A DNA stretch of 64,000 bases from Polyangiaceae bacterium (GTDB taxonomy: Bacteria; Myxococcota_A; Polyangia; Polyangiales; Polyangiaceae): NCBI GenBank assembly GCA_044376115.1, contig JBILLK010000015.1, positions 160,001 through 224,000 on the forward strand. The letters are read 5' to 3'. Within the stretch, counting starts at the first letter, position 1; each line of letters starts with the position of its first letter. Of this stretch, positions 37,999-47,181 are shown in pieces. Below the pieces are notes generated by a model, which saw only the letters and a program-made list of their open reading frames with translations, ran no database searches and had not been told where the DNA came from. Made by a program: the position numbers and the translations under genes.

Positions 37999-38427
37999 GT
38001 GAACCTCCAGTCATTCGACCTCCTACCTCCGCTCGTTGGTGGCGCTCTCATCGGAGCATCTGTGTCGCTAGTCCTTTGGGCCCACGGCCGCGTCGCCGGG
38101 ATCTCCGGAATCTTCGGAGGGCTCTTGCGCCCCAACCCTTCGGAGGCAAGCTTTCGTGGCTGGTTTCTCGCAGGGCTGTTGCTGGCGGGGCTGATCGTTC
38201 GTGTGATCTGGCCACAAGCCTTCGCATCAACACAAAGCACTGGGCTAGCTACTGTGGTTGCAGCAGGGCTCTTGGTCGGCTTCGGTACCCAGCTGGGGAA
38301 CGGCTGTACGAGCGGACACGGAGTTTGCGGCATCTCCAGGCTTTCGCCCCGCTCCCTAGTAGCAACCATCACCTTTATCGCAACTGGAGCGCTCACAGTG
38401 CTCTTGGTGCGGGGAGCCGCATCATGA
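37999..38427 (+). CDS. YeeE/YedE family sulfur transport membrane protein (subunit 1)
   Basis: GGALIG, GRVAGISG, GLLVGFGT.LGNGCTSGHGVCGISR.S.RS. Confidence 0.92.
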   Translation: MNLQSFDLLPPLVGGALIGASVSLVLWAHGRVAGISGIFGGLLRPNPSEASFRGWFLAGLLLAGLIVRVIWPQAFASTQSTGLATVVAAGLLVGFGTQLGNGCTSGHGVCGISRLSPRSLVATITFIATGALTVLLVRGAAS

Positions 38428-38900
38428 ATAGCCGACTAGTCACCTTGCTGGCAGGGGTTCTCTTCGGGGTTGGCCTTGCCATCTCGGGCATGACTCTGCC
38501 TGAGCGCGTGGTGTCCTTCTTGGACTTTACTGGTGATTGGAACCCGAGCCTCGCGTTCGTCATGGTGGGCGCTATTGCCGTCCACTTCGTCCTTTTCCGC
38601 GTCGTAATGCGCAGTAAGAAACCGCTCTTCGAGGAGCGTTTTCATCTACCAACTCGGCGTGACATCGACCCGCGCTTGCTCCTGGGAGCCGCCATCTTCG
38701 GTATCGGCTGGGGGCTTGGTGGCTTCTGCCCGGGACCTGCACTCACCTCTGCGGCTGCGGGCTTTTTCCCAGCCATTGTCTTCATCGCGGCCATGACAGC
38801 GGGGATGCTCCTCGAGCACGCCACGTCCGCGAAGCTTTCTCGTTTGGAGTCTGCACCATGGAAATCCAAGAGTTCTACGATCCAGCCACCTTTACTCTGA
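38424..38900 (+). CDS. YeeE/YedE family protein (subunit 2)
   Basis: FGVGLAISGMT.P..V..FLD..G.WNPSL.FVM, FGIGWGL.GFCPGPA; ATGA overlap. Confidence 0.9.
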   Translation: MNSRLVTLLAGVLFGVGLAISGMTLPERVVSFLDFTGDWNPSLAFVMVGAIAVHFVLFRVVMRSKKPLFEERFHLPTRRDIDPRLLLGAAIFGIGWGLGGFCPGPALTSAAAGFFPAIVFIAAMTAGMLLEHATSAKLSRLESAPWKSKSSTIQPPLL

Positions 38901-39745
38901 CCTTCGTCGTCTTCGACGCGAAAACGCGCGACGCCGTCGTCATCGATCCGGTCCTCGACTTTGACCCGCTTTCCGCATCGACCTCGACGAAGTCCGTGGA
39001 AAAAGTGGCGGCGTTCGTGAGGGAGAAGCAACTCAACCTTCACTACGTTCTTGAGACGCACGCGCACGCCGACCACCTGTCAGCGTCGCAATGGCTGCAC
39101 AAGCATCTAGGCGCCAAGATCGCCATTGGAGCTCGCATCCGAGAGGTCCAGGATACCTTCAAGGGCGTATTCAACCTCGGCCCTGACTTCAAAGCAGATG
39201 GCTCACAGTTCCACCTCCTGCTTGAAGACGGGCAACCGGTGAGTGCCGGCACGATCAACATTAAGGTACTGTCCACGCCGGGGCACACCCCCGCGTGCGT
39301 AAGCTTCCTGATCGATGACGCCCTGTTCACCGGCGACGCGCTGTTCATGGACGATTACGGAACTGGTCGCTGTGACTTTCCACGTGGAAGCGCGAGCGAC
39401 CTATTCGACTCGATCCAGAAGCTTTACGCGCTCCCCGAGGCGACGCGAGTGTTCGTTGGGCACGACTATCAACCGCAAGGAAGGGCGGTGGCTTGGGAAA
39501 CGACCATCGGCAAGTCGAAGGAGCGCAATATCCAACTACGGGCCTCGACCAAGAAGGACGACTTCGTTGCGGCACGACAGAAGCGAGACGCAACGCTGGC
39601 ACCACCGCGACTGCTGTTCCAGAGCGTCCAGGTGAATATTGATGCGGGCAAACTGCCGTCGCCCCAAGCCAACGGCATGCGCTACCTGACCATCCCGCTC
39701 AACATGAAGACCAAGACAGACGACGCCGGGGATCCGCAGGGCTGA
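38858..39745 (+). CDS. MBL-fold persulfide dioxygenase (Blh/PDO type)
   Basis: IDPVLDFD, LETHAHADHLSA, TPGHTPAC, GDALFM..YGTGRCDFP, GHDY, QVNIDAG. Confidence 0.88.
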   Translation: MEIQEFYDPATFTLTFVVFDAKTRDAVVIDPVLDFDPLSASTSTKSVEKVAAFVREKQLNLHYVLETHAHADHLSASQWLHKHLGAKIAIGARIREVQDTFKGVFNLGPDFKADGSQFHLLLEDGQPVSAGTINIKVLSTPGHTPACVSFLIDDALFTGDALFMDDYGTGRCDFPRGSASDLFDSIQKLYALPEATRVFVGHDYQPQGRAVAWETTIGKSKERNIQLRASTKKDDFVAARQKRDATLAPPRLLFQSVQVNIDAGKLPSPQANGMRYLTIPLNMKTKTDDAGDPQG

Positions 39746-39749
39746 ATCA

Positions 39750-39831
39750 GTTTCGCTCGCGTTTCACAATGTTTCAGCCCACGTGGGATACGCAGGATTC
39801 GACTGCCAGAGTCACTGGCACGGTTTGAGCT
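39750..39831 (+). promoter_or_regulatory. Second putative sigma54 promoter with GTTTCA repeats
   Basis: GTTTCG/GTTTCA/GTTTCA at 39750, 39761, 39771; TGGCACGGTTTGAGCT at 39816-39831. Confidence 0.55.
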
Positions 39832-39842
39832 AGGAGCTGACC

Positions 39843-40535
39843 ATGATTCTCCGTCAACTGTTCGACCACGAGTCCTCGACCTTCACCTATCTGGTTGCCG
39901 ATGAAGCGACGAAACGTGCGGCATTGATAGATCCAGTGGCAGCCCAGGTCGACCGTGACTTGAAGCTGATTGCCGAACTCGGGCTTACGCTGGTGATGGC
40001 ACTTGATACGCATGTACACGCAGACCACGTGACTGGGGCTGGAGAGCTTCGGTCACGCACAGGAGCAAAGACTGCAGCCTCAGCGCTCGGCGCTCCCTGT
40101 GTGGACGTTAAGCTCAATGCGGGGGATGTCATCGCGATCGGCGAGCTCGAATTGAAGGTGCTTGCGACGCCCGGCCACACCGACGACAGCCTCTCTTTCC
40201 TACTCGAAGGGCACGTCTTCACGGGTGACGCCCTGCTCGTTCGCGGAACTGGGCGAACCGATTTTCAAAATGGAGACGCGCGCACTCTTTTCGACTCCAT
40301 CACCCGGGTGCTGTTTGGCCTACCCGCGGAAACGGTGGTGTTGCCCGGGCATGACTACAAGGGCTTCTCGTCGACAACGATAGCTGAGGAGCGTGCTCAC
40401 AACCCTCGCATCGCTGGGAAGAGCGCGGAGGAGTTCGAGTCGCTGATGCAGAGCCTCGCGCTAGCCCCGCCCAAGAAACTTGATATTGCCGTGCCCGCAA
40501 ATCGCGCCTGTGGGCAGGCCTTGCCGACTGTTTGA
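39843..40535 (+). CDS. ETHE1-like persulfide dioxygenase
   Basis: LRQLFD.ESSTFTYL, DTHVHADHVTG, TPGHT, GRTDFQNG, PGHDYKG, AVPAN..CG. Confidence 0.9.
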   Translation: MILRQLFDHESSTFTYLVADEATKRAALIDPVAAQVDRDLKLIAELGLTLVMALDTHVHADHVTGAGELRSRTGAKTAASALGAPCVDVKLNAGDVIAIGELELKVLATPGHTDDSLSFLLEGHVFTGDALLVRGTGRTDFQNGDARTLFDSITRVLFGLPAETVVLPGHDYKGFSSTTIAEERAHNPRIAGKSAEEFESLMQSLALAPPKKLDIAVPANRACGQALPTV

Positions 40536-40545
40536 AGGAGACGCC

Positions 40546-40905
40546 ATGACCGACTCACTCTTTGACCAAGCTGTTGCCCACGCAGATGGCTATCGCGATA
40601 TTGAACCAAAGCAATTGAGCGAGCACGCCGGTACCACGCGGCTGGTGGATGTTCGCGAGCCCGATGAATACCTCGGGGAGCTCGGCCATATCCAAGGGAC
40701 CGCCCTCGTACCGCTCGCGACCGTCTCCGCTGCGTCCAGTGGGTGGGATCGCCAAGCAGACATCATAATGATTTGCCGCTCAGGCGCCCGCAGCGGGCGA
40801 GCGGCCAAGGCGCTCGTCGAACTCGGCTTTACGCGGGTGATGAACATGAAGGGTGGCATGCTCGCTTGGAACCAAGCTGGGCTAGCCGTCAAACGGGTGC
40901 CGTAA
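40546..40905 (+). CDS. Rhodanese-like sulfurtransferase
   Basis: LVDVREPDEY, GHIQG, CRSGARS, GGMLAW; AAGGAG RBS. Confidence 0.92.
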   Translation: MTDSLFDQAVAHADGYRDIEPKQLSEHAGTTRLVDVREPDEYLGELGHIQGTALVPLATVSAASSGWDRQADIIMICRSGARSGRAAKALVELGFTRVMNMKGGMLAWNQAGLAVKRVP

Positions 40906-41816
40906 TGGACATTGCGCTTCCCACGCTCGTTCTCGCTCTCGCCTTAGCCGTCTTCGTCGGCATCTCGCTCGGAATGTTGGGCGGCGGCGGCTCCATTCTG
41001 ACCGTACCGCTCTTGGTTTATGTTCTCGGCCTCCCCGCTCACGAGGCAATCGCCGCCTCCTTGTTGGTCGTTGGTACTACCAGCGTAGCCGCGTTGGTAC
41101 CCCACGCCCGCGCCGGCCGAGTCAAGTGGCAGACTGGCCTCTTCTTCGGATTGGCTAGTATGGTAGGCGCCTATTCAGCCGGGCGCGTCGCCAAGCTGTT
41201 ACCTGCCACTGCCTTGCTCCTACTATTCGGCGGAATGATGTTGATTACGGCCGTGTTCATGATGCGCGGACGCAAGACCGACGACAAGCCGCAGACGGCC
41301 GTCGCACAAAGCGAGCTCAAGCGCATTGCCTTCGTCGCGGGGGAAGGCCTCTTGGTCGGAGCTTTTACGGGTCTAGTGGGGGCAGGAGGAGGCTTCCTGG
41401 TGGTCCCTGCGTTAGTGCTGCTTGGTGGTCTATCGATGCAGAACGCGGTTGGCACTTCGCTGCTCGTGATTGCAATGAAGTCCTTTGCCGGTTTTGCCGG
41501 TTATCTATCTTCTACGCCGATCAATTGGTCATTGGCCGGGATGGTTACGCTTGCGGCCGTAGTCGGTAGCTTTGCTGGAGCCAAACTAGCCGGCAAAGTG
41601 CCACCGGATATGCTGCGCAAAGGGTTTGCGTGGTTCGTAGTTGTGATGGCCGTCTTCATTCTGTCGCAAGAGGTACCCAAGGCCTTCGGACTAAGCTTTA
41701 ATCTCGCGAAGAATTGGCCCATTGAACTAGCGCTGCTGGCGGTGCCCGTGACCGCTGCGGTGGTGAGCCTTTCGCGGAGTCGCCCCCTCAGTCCGCCGCG
41801 CCCGGCGGCGCAGTAA
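40905..41816 (+). CDS. TauE/SafE sulfite exporter family
   Basis: GMLGGGGSILTVP and GLVGAGGGFLVVP halves, AVGTSL. Confidence 0.92.
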   Translation: MDIALPTLVLALALAVFVGISLGMLGGGGSILTVPLLVYVLGLPAHEAIAASLLVVGTTSVAALVPHARAGRVKWQTGLFFGLASMVGAYSAGRVAKLLPATALLLLFGGMMLITAVFMMRGRKTDDKPQTAVAQSELKRIAFVAGEGLLVGAFTGLVGAGGGFLVVPALVLLGGLSMQNAVGTSLLVIAMKSFAGFAGYLSSTPINWSLAGMVTLAAVVGSFAGAKLAGKVPPDMLRKGFAWFVVVMAVFILSQEVPKAFGLSFNLAKNWPIELALLAVPVTAAVVSLSRSRPLSPPRPAAQ

Positions 41817-41909
41817 CAGAGTCGAACGGGTTACCCAGCCGATTCCTTACAGTCGCGAACTTTATTCGCATAGTTAGATCGAGGCCGGAACTCATGCGTC
41901 TTTCGGGGC

Positions 41910-42617
41910 ATGAGTTCCACCTTCGCCCCATCGGTATCGCTCCTCGCAGCCCTCTTCTCCCTCGCGGCGTGTGCAACTGCAGCTGCTCCCAAAACGAGTG
42001 CCAAGCCTGACCCCGTCACGCCTGACTCAGTGTCCAAGCCCGACGTCAAAGCGGAACCGGCCAAAGACACGGACACGCTTGCAGAGCCGGTGGTGAAAGC
42101 CGACCCGGCCGACCCAGTATCGGACAAGAACCGCGGCTTCGGCCCGTACGACACGCTCGAGGCCGTATGCGGTACCGCCAACGAGAGGTGCCGCATGAGC
42201 GAGCCGGTCACGCTCACAGGCTCGCCGGCCATCACGCGTCTGGCGACATTTGTGGAGCAGCCGATGGACGGGCAAACGCACTTAGCGTTCGAGACGAAGG
42301 AGGGATGGTTTATCAGCGAGGTCCCCGACGGACAGCCTTTTGGTGGAGGGCTCAGTCACCACACCCCCGCCGGAACCTACTTTAAGCTTGATGCGGCTAT
42401 GCCCGACGGAGGCGGCGTCATCCTGCTTCGTCGGTACGGCCAGTCGTCCTTTATACCCGGTAACGGCAACATGGGCTCCCACAGCTTCGAGGAGACGGTG
42501 CGCTTAAAATGCAGCATAGTTTCTGGACGCGTGGCGTGTGGGGAAGGCAAGAAGGTCTTTTCACGCTCCTGCTCAGGCGGGACCTGCACTCAGACCGGCG
42601 TTGAACCCAAGCAGTAG
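41910..42617 (+). CDS. Hypothetical lipoprotein
   Basis: LFSLAAC lipobox, Pro/Asp/Lys linker. Confidence 0.6.
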   Translation: MSSTFAPSVSLLAALFSLAACATAAAPKTSAKPDPVTPDSVSKPDVKAEPAKDTDTLAEPVVKADPADPVSDKNRGFGPYDTLEAVCGTANERCRMSEPVTLTGSPAITRLATFVEQPMDGQTHLAFETKEGWFISEVPDGQPFGGGLSHHTPAGTYFKLDAAMPDGGGVILLRRYGQSSFIPGNGNMGSHSFEETVRLKCSIVSGRVACGEGKKVFSRSCSGGTCTQTGVEPKQ

Positions 42618-42620
42618 CGG

Positions 42621-44576
42621 TCACGGATCACAGTGCCTCATAGCCGCAAGGCACAGCTCGTCCCAGGCGTAGCGAGCGCAATACGGGTCTTCCTCAACCA
42701 CCGCGCCTACGCACGTATCACACTGGGCAACCAACGGGCCGCCAAGCCGAAGCGGGCTATGTGCACAAGCAGGCTCGCGACGAGCGGCCGGCTTCGAGAA
42801 TGGTAGCGGGTCCAGTGGCAACACGGATAGGTCGAGCGATTGAGGCAGCCCCTGGTCGATGCCAGACACCACAGCACCGTCAAACGATGCACCGGACCAG
42901 AAGGTGATATCGAGCCGGGTCTCGCTATGGAACCAGGCGTCCTGCTCGAGTTCGTACACGAGAATACCGGAGGGATGATTGAGAAAGTAGATACGGTCAT
43001 CAATCCGCAGCAGCGTAGTGAAAGCATGGGCTGTCACGCCCTCGAGTGAAAGCTCATAGGGCGTAGCGTTCGCGCCAGCACGAAAGAGAGCACCTTCGTA
43101 CAGCCCAACCAAGTCACCCTCGACCTCCGCGAGTGGAACGAACTTCGGATCATGATTGGCGGTCTGCTCCAGGGGCGGCAACGTAACCGCTAGCGGACGT
43201 TCATGGGTCAGCTGCGGAGTTACGCGCATATCGCGATAAGTATCACTCACCGTGCGCTCAAGTTTGATTTCACTTCCAGACACCTCCAACGTTTCGACGT
43301 GACCGAAAGGCAAATAGGTTGGCTTACCAGCCCCATCCAGAATGATGAGCGATGGCACCACCCAATCGATTGGCTTCTGTTTGGTGCGGTCGAGGATGAC
43401 GTCTAAGGGGGCGAGGCAGTAGCCATCAAGCCTGGGCGCCGCACAACCATCCTTTGACTCCAAGAACAGCCAGCCCATCACCTCGTCGACGTTACCCTCG
43501 TCAAAGCCATGATAGAGCCAACTAGCCAAAGAGGCTTCAAAGCTCAATCGAGTGAGCCGATAGTGAATTGACGACGGCGCAGATTTCCCTTCGCGTATTA
43601 GCTCGACGAGCTGAAGGCTACCATCTTGGTCAATGCGATCGAGGATCGAGGAGAGAACGCGCAAGCGTTGGCCCAAGTCTCGGGCGGGATTGAGCATCTC
43701 ATTCCATACGGCAACGGGCGGGGAGACGACCTCCTTACTCGCCATGACCTCTGCATACGATTGGAGGCGACGGAACCCCTCCACGTAGTTACCTAACTCA
43801 GCTGCGGTTACAACCTGTAGTTCCCCGATCTCGCCCAAATCGAAGTTGGCTCCTAGTGGTGGATGCTCCGACCGATACGGGTAATCGAGCGCATGCATTA
43901 CCATCCAGGAAGACTCTTCCCAAGCGATCGTGGTTGGCTCGTTCGTGAAGGAGTCAAGCCAGCTAGGAACCAGCGTCATTCCTTTAACATCGTCTAGCGT
44001 TGTACCCACCGGCATCGCACGCAACGCGGCGTTGTTGTTTGCGGCGACCTCTCGCTGATGGGCTGCATACAGCAATAGCTCAGGCCGTAAGCTGTCACAG
44101 CCCATCTCGCGCAAGGCATCCTGCAAGAGTTCCAACGAGAGCGCTTGGCCAGGACTCGGCAACGCTCCTTGCTGTGGGGAAAAGGCGTTGACAACGCTTT
44201 CATGAGGCTGACCAGTGCCAGCCACCGAGACCACTGACCCAAGCAACGTTGCCTGAGGACCGCGCAAGTTGAAGGCCTGGTAGTCCTCGAAGTTCAGCCG
44301 CTGGAAGAACTCATCTACGTCGCGGACCTCCTCTGGTTCCACCGAATCACCAACCGCGCCGGCGATGCGAACCCAGGCATCCTCCGGCAAGAGGCGCATA
44401 TTCGGCTGGGAGATCGACATGAGGGCACGCTTCATCTCTCCTCTTTGCAGCGCATTCTGACCTAGCGCCGCCTCTTCCCGAGCAACAGCCTCCCCAGGCG
44501 GCAGCTCATTCGACGGAGCGCAGGACAAACTCGTAGCAACCATCGCCGCTCGAGCGGCATGAGCGAGTAGCTTCAT
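42621..44576 (-). CDS. Hypothetical lipoprotein with C-terminal Cys-rich domain
   Basis: Lipobox SLSC; CAHSP..GGPL...CDTCV....DPYC...AWDELC terminus; GGAG RBS. Confidence 0.65.
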   Translation of the reverse strand: MKLLAHAARAAMVATSLSCAPSNELPPGEAVAREEAALGQNALQRGEMKRALMSISQPNMRLLPEDAWVRIAGAVGDSVEPEEVRDVDEFFQRLNFEDYQAFNLRGPQATLLGSVVSVAGTGQPHESVVNAFSPQQGALPSPGQALSLELLQDALREMGCDSLRPELLLYAAHQREVAANNNAALRAMPVGTTLDDVKGMTLVPSWLDSFTNEPTTIAWEESSWMVMHALDYPYRSEHPPLGANFDLGEIGELQVVTAAELGNYVEGFRRLQSYAEVMASKEVVSPPVAVWNEMLNPARDLGQRLRVLSSILDRIDQDGSLQLVELIREGKSAPSSIHYRLTRLSFEASLASWLYHGFDEGNVDEVMGWLFLESKDGCAAPRLDGYCLAPLDVILDRTKQKPIDWVVPSLIILDGAGKPTYLPFGHVETLEVSGSEIKLERTVSDTYRDMRVTPQLTHERPLAVTLPPLEQTANHDPKFVPLAEVEGDLVGLYEGALFRAGANATPYELSLEGVTAHAFTTLLRIDDRIYFLNHPSGILVYELEQDAWFHSETRLDITFWSGASFDGAVVSGIDQGLPQSLDLSVLPLDPLPFSKPAARREPACAHSPLRLGGPLVAQCDTCVGAVVEEDPYCARYAWDELCLAAMRHCDP

Positions 44577-44767
44577 GGTGCTCCATCACCCACCAACGGG
44601 ACCAGTTGCGTCGGCGTCCGACTTTTGTTCACCGCCGTGAGTCTCGCCCGACGGCTCAGCCACTTGGGTACAACTCATTGAGATTGAGTTCTGCCCATCA
44701 ATTTGATGACCGCGAGGAGCGCCTAGCCCGAAACCACGTTTCTGTGCCGTAGATCAGCACTCGGGCT

Positions 44768-44784
44768 TAGGCACGCTTCTAGCT
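44768..44784 (+). promoter_or_regulatory. Putative sigma54 promoter upstream of the ferric-reductase relic
   Basis: TAGGCACGCTTCTAGCT, GG-N10-GC. Confidence 0.35.
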
Positions 44785-44828
44785 CCGGCTGTACGGCGAG
44801 ATGGTCACCAAACTGAGGGCGTTGCAGC

Positions 44829-44975
44829 ATGAATAGGATCCGAGGTGCGTGGTGGCTGTTCTACGCAGCCGTCACCGCGGCTTGGCTGATGGTTGAGCCC
44901 GGCGTGTTCACGACAACATCGTTTATCCCGCTTCGCAACCTGATGGTCCAGTACAGCGGACTACTCGCAATCGCT
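44829..44975 (+). pseudogene. N-terminal relic of a ferric-reductase-like membrane protein
   Basis: MNRIRGAWW..AAWL..F..LRNLMVQYSGLLAIA, then the character of the sequence changes abruptly. Confidence 0.5.
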
Positions 44976-45003
44976 TCGCCTCACCTTCGCAGGGATCCCG
45001 TCG

Positions 45004-45810
45004 GTGTCGGTCCCCGGGCCGAAGGACATGATGAAGACGCTTGTGCCTCATACGTTGGGAGCTGCGGCCGACGCAGTCGGTGGTTCGGGCGTGTTCGCGA
45101 GTTCGCTCGTTGATCTAGGCTCTGGCGCGCGGCTAGGAGACGTGGCGAAGTCCGCGGGCGAGTCGATGGCGAACGCTGCAATCGGCGCGATGCAAGGCGG
45201 CGGCGACGTTGGGCAGGCGGTGACGTCAGCGTTGGGGCTGCCATCGGGAGGAGACCTTGGTAGCGCGATGAAGTCGCTCGTCCCAACAGGGGATCAGCTC
45301 GGGAACATGGCCAAAGGGATGGCCTTGGACATGCTGCTCAAAGGGACGATCACGCGCGACGTGCGCAAGCGCCTCACGCGCGTGGTGGGTGGAGCCTGGG
45401 TCGCCTTTGCCGGCGGGTCGATTTCGAACAGCACAGGCAAGCTCTTCACTGAGGTGATCGGCGGACTCAAACTGACGACCTCGGTTCAGAGCAGCATCTC
45501 GCAAACAGCAGGGAAATTCCTTGTGGATACGGTGGGTGGGATGGTCATGCGTAAGTCGAAGGACGACATGAGCATGTCCTCCAAGCGTTCCGTCGTTCGC
45601 ATTGGTGCGGCAGCAACGCTCCACTCAGACGAGCTGATGGAGCTGCGCGGTAGGGAGATAGAGATCGAAGGCCAAACGAGCGTGACGCTGCGCTCAGGTG
45701 ACCTCTTGATCGAGATGACGCCAAACGCGACGACCATCAAAGGGACCCTCAAGGTCTCGAGCGGCGACCAGATCAAGATCGCCGGAAACCCTGACGAACT
45801 CACGGCCTGA
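45004..45810 (+). pseudogene. vgrG: C-terminal fragment of a VgrG spike protein
   Basis: Repeating T.VVGG/TEVIGG/DTVGG beta-helix strands and IEIEG..SVTLRSG..IEMTP..TTIKG end; no gp27-like N-terminus. Confidence 0.65.
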
Positions 45811-45943
45811 TCGCCCCGTCATCGTCGGCTCAATCCCCAACCCGGTTACGCCCTCCCCGGTCGACGTTGGCGTCAACACGCTCAACCGCATCAAGACAGT
45901 ATCTGGCGTCCTCATCGAAATCGGCGACGACCGGCTCGGATGA
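45806..45943 (+). pseudogene. vgrG: Last 45 codons of a second, short VgrG (not in the ORF track)
   Basis: Translates PDRPVIVGSIPNPVTPSPVDVGVNTLNRIKTVSGVLIEIGDDRLG*, the gp5 OB-fold DPDRP.IVG..PN motif; no start codon. Confidence 0.7.
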
Positions 45944-46569
45944 GCGTTCGCCTCGCATGCCTCGGCGGCGCACCTTCACCGGAGGGGCTCGCCGCCGATC
46001 TCGAAACCCTGTTCGACCTGCCGCCGACGGCCGTGCGTGCGATTTGGACGGTACTATCCCCCAGCCTCGAACACCCTATCTCCGCAGCCGTGGAGCAAAG
46101 GCTCGCGGCCTTTGCCAAAGAGCACTCGGTAAACGATAACGTGCTCGGCCGGGCCCTTCGTGCATCCCGGTTTCTCCTCCGCGAGGCCGCCTCACGCAAC
46201 CTGCCGTGGGCGGTCTACGAGGCCGACCTTCGGCAACTAACCGACAATGAGGTAATTGTCGAACTTCACCGTGAAGGCTACGCCCGGGCAGTCGCTACGA
46301 TTCGCGGGGAGCTAATCAACCGCTCGCGAACCAGCTTTGGCCCGAGAGTCGTTGGGCTCGGCTGGCGTATGGAACTCGGCGTCGCCACCCACGAGCTCGA
46401 TGCACTTGGCGACCTCTTGGTGAAGATGCTCTTCGTCGTGCGCGAGGGCTCCGTGGAAAGGCCGATGCAGCTCGAGCTCGGCCTCGACGGAGTCCGCAGC
46501 CTCCGCGAGGCTTGCGAGGCGATTGAAGCGCGGGCCCAGCAACTGGGGAGCGCTAGTCGCAAACCGTAG
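45940..46569 (+). CDS. COMM-domain (COMMD/HCaRG-like) protein
   Basis: 209 aa; helical N-domain (FLLREAASRNL..YEADLRQL) then PRVVGLGWRMELGVAT..LLVKMLF..MQLELGLDGVRSL...EAIE; ATGA overlap with the vgrG relic. Confidence 0.75.
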   Translation: MSVRLACLGGAPSPEGLAADLETLFDLPPTAVRAIWTVLSPSLEHPISAAVEQRLAAFAKEHSVNDNVLGRALRASRFLLREAASRNLPWAVYEADLRQLTDNEVIVELHREGYARAVATIRGELINRSRTSFGPRVVGLGWRMELGVATHELDALGDLLVKMLFVVREGSVERPMQLELGLDGVRSLREACEAIEARAQQLGSASRKP

Positions 46570-46602
46570 TCAGCGCCCGACAGCAGCAGGCCACCGAAGT
46601 GC

Positions 46603-47181
46603 TCAATAGCCAAACAGCGACCGACAACAGCTGTTTTGGGTATCGCATGCCTCCGCACCGCCAAAAGGCATAGCGCATTCACCAAGCAAGGTACCCCCCT
46701 TTACGCAGGTGCAGTTCTGGTTGGAGTCACAGCGAATCTCAACTGGCTGCTCAGCACAGATACCGCTGGACTCGCAGCCCAAGCCGTCATCAAGGAGCCC
46801 GCTATTCGTTTGACAATCGACAAACTCCAAACTGCAGAGCGTGAGCGCATGCAACGGAGCACTGCAGCCACCCAACGGGTCATCCGGATAATTCATTACA
46901 CAGTCGTGCAAGATCCAATCGGGCATGCAGGCGAGCAGCCCCTCGATCTCTTCGTTGCAGTTCTTGGCATACAAGGACATGCAGCGTTGATGACAATCTT
47001 CACCCTCGGAGCAAGCGGGCTTGTCAGCAACGGCAGCGCAGTAGTCGAGGCAGGCCTGGGTAACGAACGGCTCATCGCTAGCTGTATTACCACCTTGGCC
47101 GGCCGGGTCATCGAGCACCACGATCCCACCACAGGCGGATAACAGCATAAAGGTTAGGGCTTCCCGCAACCGACGCGCCAT
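46603..47181 (-). CDS. Cys-rich lipoprotein
   Basis: LLSACGG lipobox, many Cys, ends NSCC..LF. Confidence 0.7.
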   Translation of the reverse strand: MARRLREALTFMLLSACGGIVVLDDPAGQGGNTASDEPFVTQACLDYCAAVADKPACSEGEDCHQRCMSLYAKNCNEEIEGLLACMPDWILHDCVMNYPDDPLGGCSAPLHALTLCSLEFVDCQTNSGLLDDGLGCESSGICAEQPVEIRCDSNQNCTCVKGGTLLGECAMPFGGAEACDTQNSCCRSLFGY

